Source: Candidatus Saccharimonadota bacterium
GTDB taxonomy: Bacteria > Pseudomonadota > Gammaproteobacteria > Johnevansiales > Johnevansiaceae
Length of the DNA: 32,000 nucleotides
Assembly (NCBI RefSeq): GCF_000300075.1
Contig: NC_018677.1
Location: 180,001 to 212,000, forward strand
Direction of reading: 5' to 3'
Part shown: positions 27,974-32,000 of the stretch, piece by piece
How positions within the stretch are numbered: the first letter of the stretch is position 1
Layout: each line of letters opens with the position of its first letter
Position numbers and translations under genes: made by a program
Notes under the pieces: generated by a model
What the model was told of the DNA's origin: nothing
Seen by the model: the letters and a program-made list of their open reading frames with translations, nothing else
The model's database searches: none

Positions 27974-28639
27974 TTATTTACAATAATTTGCTATAAGTTT
28001 AGTATATATCTTAATAGAATTTATAGAATCGTCATTTCCGGGTATTATATAATCAATTCCATCTGGATTAGAATTAGTATCAACAACACCAATTACTAAT
28101 ATACCAAGTTTATTAGCTTCCTTTATAGCAATTCTTTCTTTTGTAACATCAATTACAAATAAAGCTTCTGGCAAACTACTCATGTTTTTTATTCCACCTA
28201 AACATGTTTCTAGTTTATGTAATTTCCTGTTGTTTAATAAAACTTCTTTTTTTGTTAATTTATTTAACATACCATTAGAACGCATTAACTCTAATTCACT
28301 TAATTTCTTTTTTGATTGTCTAATCGTTTTATAATTAGTTAACATACCACCTAACCATCTAGTAGTAACAAAAGGTTGATAAACTTTGGTTGATTCTTCC
28401 GAAATTATTGAAGAAGCTGCTTGCTTAGTACCAACAAAAAGGATTTTTTTGTTTTTTTTTGTAATTTGTTTTATAATGGATCGAACATTTTTAAGAGCAA
28501 TAAATGTAAATTCTAAGTTGAATATGTGAAGTTTATTATTTATTCCATAAATATATTTTTTCATTTTTGGATTACAATCTTTTGTTTTGTGTCCAAAATG
28601 TGCGCCAGCTTTTAACAAATCTTGCATAGTAATTATCAT
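27974..28639 (-). CDS. rpsB: 30S ribosomal protein S2 (221 aa).
   Basis: LLKAGAHFGHKTK N-terminal signature, with conserved rpsB-tsf order divergent from map. Confidence 0.95.
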   Translation of the reverse strand: MIITMQDLLKAGAHFGHKTKDCNPKMKKYIYGINNKLHIFNLEFTFIALKNVRSIIKQITKKNKKILFVGTKQAASSIISEESTKVYQPFVTTRWLGGMLTNYKTIRQSKKKLSELELMRSNGMLNKLTKKEVLLNNRKLHKLETCLGGIKNMSSLPEALFVIDVTKERIAIKEANKLGILVIGVVDTNSNPDGIDYIIPGNDDSINSIKIYTKLIANYCK

Positions 28640-28723
28640 AATTGAATATTTCCTTATGTGTTAACAATACTAAACCTATTATATTCTTTTAAAAAATAAC
28701 TTCAAATATATAAATAACTGACA
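28640..28723. promoter_or_regulatory. Divergent promoter region for rpsB-tsf and map-dapD-dapE, inferred from position only.
   Basis: An 84 bp gap between divergent starts. No confident -35/-10 call is possible. Confidence 0.35.
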
Positions 28724-29500
28724 ATGAAGATAAAAAAATACACATTAAAAGATATAAAAAAGTTAATAATTGTAGGAAAATTAGCCGCTAATACATTATT
28801 AATGATTTATGAATATATAAAAATTGGACTTAAAACAGACGAAGTAAATAGTATATGTCAAAAATATATTGAAACAAAGCTAAAATGCAGTTCTGCCACA
28901 ATAGGTTATAAATGTTATCAACATGCAACATGCATATCTAAAAACAAAATTTGTTGTCATGGCATTCCTAGTTATAAAAAAAAAATAAAAACAAATGATA
29001 TTTTAAATATAGATGTTACAATTATAAAAAATGGATATTATGCAGACACTAGTTATATGTATTTTGTTGAATGCAATTACTCTAATTTTATATATAACAA
29101 CAAATTAAACAACATTTCGTGTCTTTATAACGCAATGTCTTTTGTTTGTGAATGTACAAAATTTTCTGAAATAGGGGCTTTAATTCAAAACTTTGCAAAC
29201 TATCATGGATTTAGTGTTGTAAAAGAGTTATGTGGGCATGGCATCGGAACTGCATTTCATTTACAACCTCTAGTTCTTAATTATAACGGTTATAAAACAA
29301 AAGATGTTCATTTAAAAAAAGGAATGTGTGTAACAATTGAACCAATTTTAATACAAAGGGGGACTAAAATAAAAATTTTAAATGATGGTTGGACAATAAC
29401 TACAAAAAGCAAAAGTCATTCTGCACAATGGGAGCATACGTTAATTATAAATAAAAAAGGTGTAATTATAACCACAATTCGTAAAAATGAAAAGTTATAG
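28724..29500 (+). CDS. map: Methionine aminopeptidase type I (258 aa).
   Basis: Metal-ligand contexts CCHGIP, DVTIIKNGYYAD, GHGIG, IEP and QWEHT. Confidence 0.93.
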   Translation: MKIKKYTLKDIKKLIIVGKLAANTLLMIYEYIKIGLKTDEVNSICQKYIETKLKCSSATIGYKCYQHATCISKNKICCHGIPSYKKKIKTNDILNIDVTIIKNGYYADTSYMYFVECNYSNFIYNNKLNNISCLYNAMSFVCECTKFSEIGALIQNFANYHGFSVVKELCGHGIGTAFHLQPLVLNYNGYKTKDVHLKKGMCVTIEPILIQRGTKIKILNDGWTITTKSKSHSAQWEHTLIINKKGVIITTIRKNEKL

Positions 29501-29512
29501 GATAAATTTATT

Positions 29513-30556
29513 ATGATATTAAGTTACGGCTTAGGAATTGCAAGTAAAAATTATAAAAATGAAATTTTAGAAGTTTATTATCCTTTTACAGTTTTATATC
29601 CTCATCCAACAGTTATAAAAAATATATTAAGGAAGTTAACGTTTAAATTAAACATAATTTCAAATAGTTTTAATTTATATTTATCAAATAATAACGATTT
29701 ATTTTTTTTATATTTAGAACTTAACAATATAGGTGAAGTTAAATTAGCAAAACAAATAAAATGTTTTTTTTTTACTAAAGCTTTTTTAATTTTAACTTTT
29801 ATTTTTGATGATAAAAATCCGCTTAATATTGCAGATAGTTTTTTTCGATTACATACCCTTTCTTATAGATTATGTAAGCCCAATTCACTAAATTTATTTG
29901 GTATTTTTTCTGTTATGAAAACTATATGTTGGACTAATATAGGTCCCATTGATTGTGAAGAAATCCTAGTAACAAAAACTAAAGCAAAATTAACTAATAT
30001 AAATTTTACTATTTTAAGCATTGACAAATTCCCTCAAATGACAGATTATATTGTACCAAATAATGTAAGAATAGCAGAACCATCAAGGATACGTTTAGGT
30101 GCTTACTTAGGTGAAGGTACCACAATTATGCATGAAGGATTTTGTAATTTTAATGCAGGAACAATGGGAACTTGTATGATAGAAGGACGTATTTCTTCTG
30201 GCGTCTTTATAAATAAAAATTCTGATTTAGGAGGGGGTTCTTCAATTTTAGGAACATTGTCAGGAGGAGGTAAGCTTGTAATATCACTGGGTAAAAATTG
30301 TTTAATAGGAGCTAATGCTGGATGTGGTATACCTTTGGGTAATAGCTGTATTATTGAAGCAGGATTATATATAACGGCAAGTTCTAAAGTATCAGTTTTA
30401 AATAGAAAAAACATACTTATTAAAATAGTAAAAGCAAAGGTATTAGCGTATAAAAACAATTTGTTATTTTTAAGAAACTCAGTTACAGGAGCGATAGAAT
30501 GTCGTATAAATAAAAAAGTAATCAAACTTAATAAAGAGTTACATAAACTTTTTTAA
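29513..30556 (+). CDS. dapD: 2,3,4,5-tetrahydropyridine-2,6-dicarboxylate N-succinyltransferase, long form (347 aa).
   Basis: C-terminal left-handed beta-helix hexapeptide repeats (GAYLGEGTTIMHEGFCNFNAGT..., GANAGCGIPLGNSCIIEAG). Its length resembles the roughly 344 aa Pseudomonas-type DapD. It is adjacent to dapE. Confidence 0.88.
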   Translation: MILSYGLGIASKNYKNEILEVYYPFTVLYPHPTVIKNILRKLTFKLNIISNSFNLYLSNNNDLFFLYLELNNIGEVKLAKQIKCFFFTKAFLILTFIFDDKNPLNIADSFFRLHTLSYRLCKPNSLNLFGIFSVMKTICWTNIGPIDCEEILVTKTKAKLTNINFTILSIDKFPQMTDYIVPNNVRIAEPSRIRLGAYLGEGTTIMHEGFCNFNAGTMGTCMIEGRISSGVFINKNSDLGGGSSILGTLSGGGKLVISLGKNCLIGANAGCGIPLGNSCIIEAGLYITASSKVSVLNRKNILIKIVKAKVLAYKNNLLFLRNSVTGAIECRINKKVIKLNKELHKLF

Positions 30557-30557
30557 A

Positions 30558-31712
30558 ATGTATTATCTTTTAAAACTAGTATTAAATTTACTTTCAAAAA
30601 ACTCTATTACACCTAATGACAAAGGATGTCAATATTTGCTTAGTAATATATTTAAACGTTTATGTTTTCGTGTAGAAGTTTTTAATAAAAAAGGAGTTCA
30701 TAATTTATGGGTTACAAACGGATTTTGTAAAAAAACATTGTTATTTGTTGGTCATACAGATGTAGTTCCTTCAGGCCCAATTAAAGCATGGGAAATTAAC
30801 CCGTTTTTACCTTATTTAAATAATAGAGGATATATTATATCACGTGGAATTGTCGATATGAAAGGTAGTTTATGTTCAATGATAAAAGCAACATGTAATT
30901 TTATAAAATTATATCCAAAATCTAAAGAGAAAATAGCTTTTTTAATAACAAGTGATGAAGAAGGTGATGGAAATTATGGTACTAAATATGTTATAAATAA
31001 GTTAATAAAAAGAAATGAAATAATAAATTATTGTATTATCGGTGAGCCTACTAGTAAATCAAATACAGGTGATACTCTTAAAATAGGTAGACGAGGTTCA
31101 TTAAATGCCAAAATAATAATATACGGTATTCAAGGACATATAGCGTATACAAAACAATTGCTAAATCCAATACATATATTAATTAATATAATACATTATT
31201 TATTAAAAATTAGATGGGATAAAGGTAATAAATATTTTTCTAAAACCAGTTTTCAAATATCCAACTTCATTGCAGGATTAGGTGTAAGTAATATGTTACC
31301 TAAATACGCAAAAGTATTATGTAATTTTAGATTTTCAAATGAACTTACAGTTAATAAAATTAAAACCAAAGTAAGTAACATATTTTTACTGTTTAATTTA
31401 AACAAAAAAAAAGATTTTAAAATCAATTGGTATCTATCTGGAGAACCATACCTAACAAAAAAAGGTACTTTGTTAAATGCTGTAATTTTTGGAATTAATT
31501 ATATGTGCAAAATACAACCAAAAAAAAATACAAATGGTGGCATATCAGATGGTAGATTTGTCAAAAATCTTTGTAAACAAATAATTGAGTTAGGCTTAAT
31601 AAATGCCACTATACATAAAATAAATGAATGTGTTTGCGTTTCTGATATTATACTATTAACAAAACTGTATCAACTTATCATTGAATATTTGTTTATTTAT
31701 AAATTTAAATAA
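30558..31712 (+). CDS. dapE: Succinyl-diaminopimelate desuccinylase (M20 peptidase family; 384 aa).
   Basis: GHTDVVP, TSDEEG and IIGEPT motifs. It starts 1 nt after the dapD stop. Confidence 0.9.
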   Translation: MYYLLKLVLNLLSKNSITPNDKGCQYLLSNIFKRLCFRVEVFNKKGVHNLWVTNGFCKKTLLFVGHTDVVPSGPIKAWEINPFLPYLNNRGYIISRGIVDMKGSLCSMIKATCNFIKLYPKSKEKIAFLITSDEEGDGNYGTKYVINKLIKRNEIINYCIIGEPTSKSNTGDTLKIGRRGSLNAKIIIYGIQGHIAYTKQLLNPIHILINIIHYLLKIRWDKGNKYFSKTSFQISNFIAGLGVSNMLPKYAKVLCNFRFSNELTVNKIKTKVSNIFLLFNLNKKKDFKINWYLSGEPYLTKKGTLLNAVIFGINYMCKIQPKKNTNGGISDGRFVKNLCKQIIELGLINATIHKINECVCVSDIILLTKLYQLIIEYLFIYKFK

Positions 31713-31714
31713 GA

Positions 31715-31787
31715 TGGAGCCAAGGAGGCTTGAACTCCTAACCTCCTACATGCAAAGCAGGCGTTCTTCCAATTGAACTATGGCCCC
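31715..31787 (-). tRNA. tRNA-Ala (anticodon UGC), 73 nt, with no encoded CCA.
   Basis: The reverse complement is GGGGCCATAGTTCAATTGGAAGAACGCCTGCTTTGCATGTAGGAGGTTAGGAGTTCAAGCCTCCTTGGCTCCA. It folds as a clean cloverleaf: 7 bp acceptor stem with the G3:U70 alanine identity pair, D stem GTTC/GAAC, anticodon stem CCTGC/GTAGG with loop TTTGCAT, T stem AGGAG/CTCCT with loop TTCAAGC, and discriminator A. Confidence 0.93.
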
Positions 31788-32000
31788 AATAAGTTTATTA
31801 TAGCAAATTTTGTATTTCCTATTTGTAACAAATAGTTTTTATTAAGTAATATATTATAATTTGAATTAATTGTTATATTATTAATTCTTAGTTTCTTATT
31901 TTTCAATAAGTCTTTTGCTTGTGAGTTATTTTTAACTAAGCCTAATTTATTTAATATATATATTATTGGAGCTTTTTTAACTGTATTGATTATTATTTTT
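31778..32000 (-). CDS. tyrS: Partial CDS (last 73 codons) with an S4-like RNA-binding C-terminal domain, most likely tyrosyl-tRNA synthetase.
   Basis: Hand translation of the minus strand, in frame from 31999, gives KIIINTVKKAPIIYILNKLGLVKNNSQAKDLLKNKKLRINNITINSNYNILLNKNYLLQIGNTKFAIINLLGP*. The pattern LL..GL..S.S.A+..I.....IN ... L.IG..KFA.I matches TyrS C-termini. The stop codon at 31778-31780 lies inside the tRNA-Ala 5' end. Confidence 0.5.
   Translation of the reverse strand, partial: KIIINTVKKAPIIYILNKLGLVKNNSQAKDLLKNKKLRINNITINSNYNILLNKNYLLQIGNTKFAIINLLGP

Noticed and set aside
9312-30525. Antisense or overlapping ORFs inside real genes: 9312-9557, 10191-10475, 11087-11365, 14450-14689, 15222-15572, 18096-18311, 20311-20646, 25019-25315 and 30103-30525.
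   Set aside because: Each lies opposite, or partly opposite, a well-supported conserved gene (rne, MFS, hslV, hslU, metE, rho, dnaE, dapD). They are shadow ORFs, which are typical of AT-rich genomes where stop codons are depleted on the antisense strand. Their translations have no recognisable motifs.
3625-31712. Alternative genetic code (UGA read as Trp) or programmed frameshifts.
   Set aside because: All conserved genes are full length under the standard code. Trp is encoded by TGG at conserved positions (for example KWFN in CspA and GWKGF in AroG). No gene needs stop-codon read-through or a frameshift to reach its expected length.
1-32000. Mobile elements, prophage, defence systems, toxin-antitoxin systems, secretion systems and secondary-metabolite clusters.
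   Set aside because: There are no transposase, integrase, phage, nuclease/ATPase defence or PKS/NRPS-like ORFs in any frame. No terminal inverted repeats flank the spacers. Every credible ORF is a conserved housekeeping or amino-acid-biosynthesis gene.

Overview
This is a very AT-rich window from a strongly reduced gammaproteobacterial genome, most likely an obligate nutritional insect endosymbiont. I can support 24 protein genes and one tRNA-Ala(UGC). Of the protein genes, 22 are complete ORFs from the track, one is rpmF at 8150-8314 (below the track's size cutoff), and one is a partial tyrS-like 3' end at the right edge. The content is housekeeping (cspA, acpP, rpmF, rluC, rne, rpmE, hslVU, rho, tilS, dnaE, tsf, rpsB, map), essential-amino-acid biosynthesis (leuA, aroG, aroB, aroK, hisE, metE, dapD, dapE) and one MFS transporter. 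Gene order matches E. coli/Pseudomonas neighbourhoods after large deletions: rne/rluC-rpmF-[plsX fabHDG lost]-acpP; rpmE/[priA-ftsN lost]/hslVU; dapD-map/rpsB-tsf-[pyrH..rnhB lost]-dnaE-[accA lost]-tilS. Most gene junctions range from overlaps up to about 110 bp. The exceptions are three ORF-free spacers of 1.6-3.6 kb (1-3624, 5563-7898, 25579-27165). These spacers almost completely exclude one nucleotide on one strand: G in 1-1560, and C in 2760-3500, 5563-7700 and 25800-27100. They are built largely from in-phase heptamer microsatellites and 27-61 bp tandem duplications. I see no mobile elements, CRISPR, defence, toxin or secretion loci, and no convincing novel protein-coding system. The unusual biology is in three places: the polarised repeat-built spacers, a strand-polarity flip inside spacer 1 (candidate origin or inversion junction), and a DnaE that lacks its C-terminal domains. 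The overall picture resembles what I recall of Candidatus Portiera, the whitefly symbiont of the Bemisia lineage, which has expanded repeat-rich intergenic regions. That identification is from memory and needs a database search.
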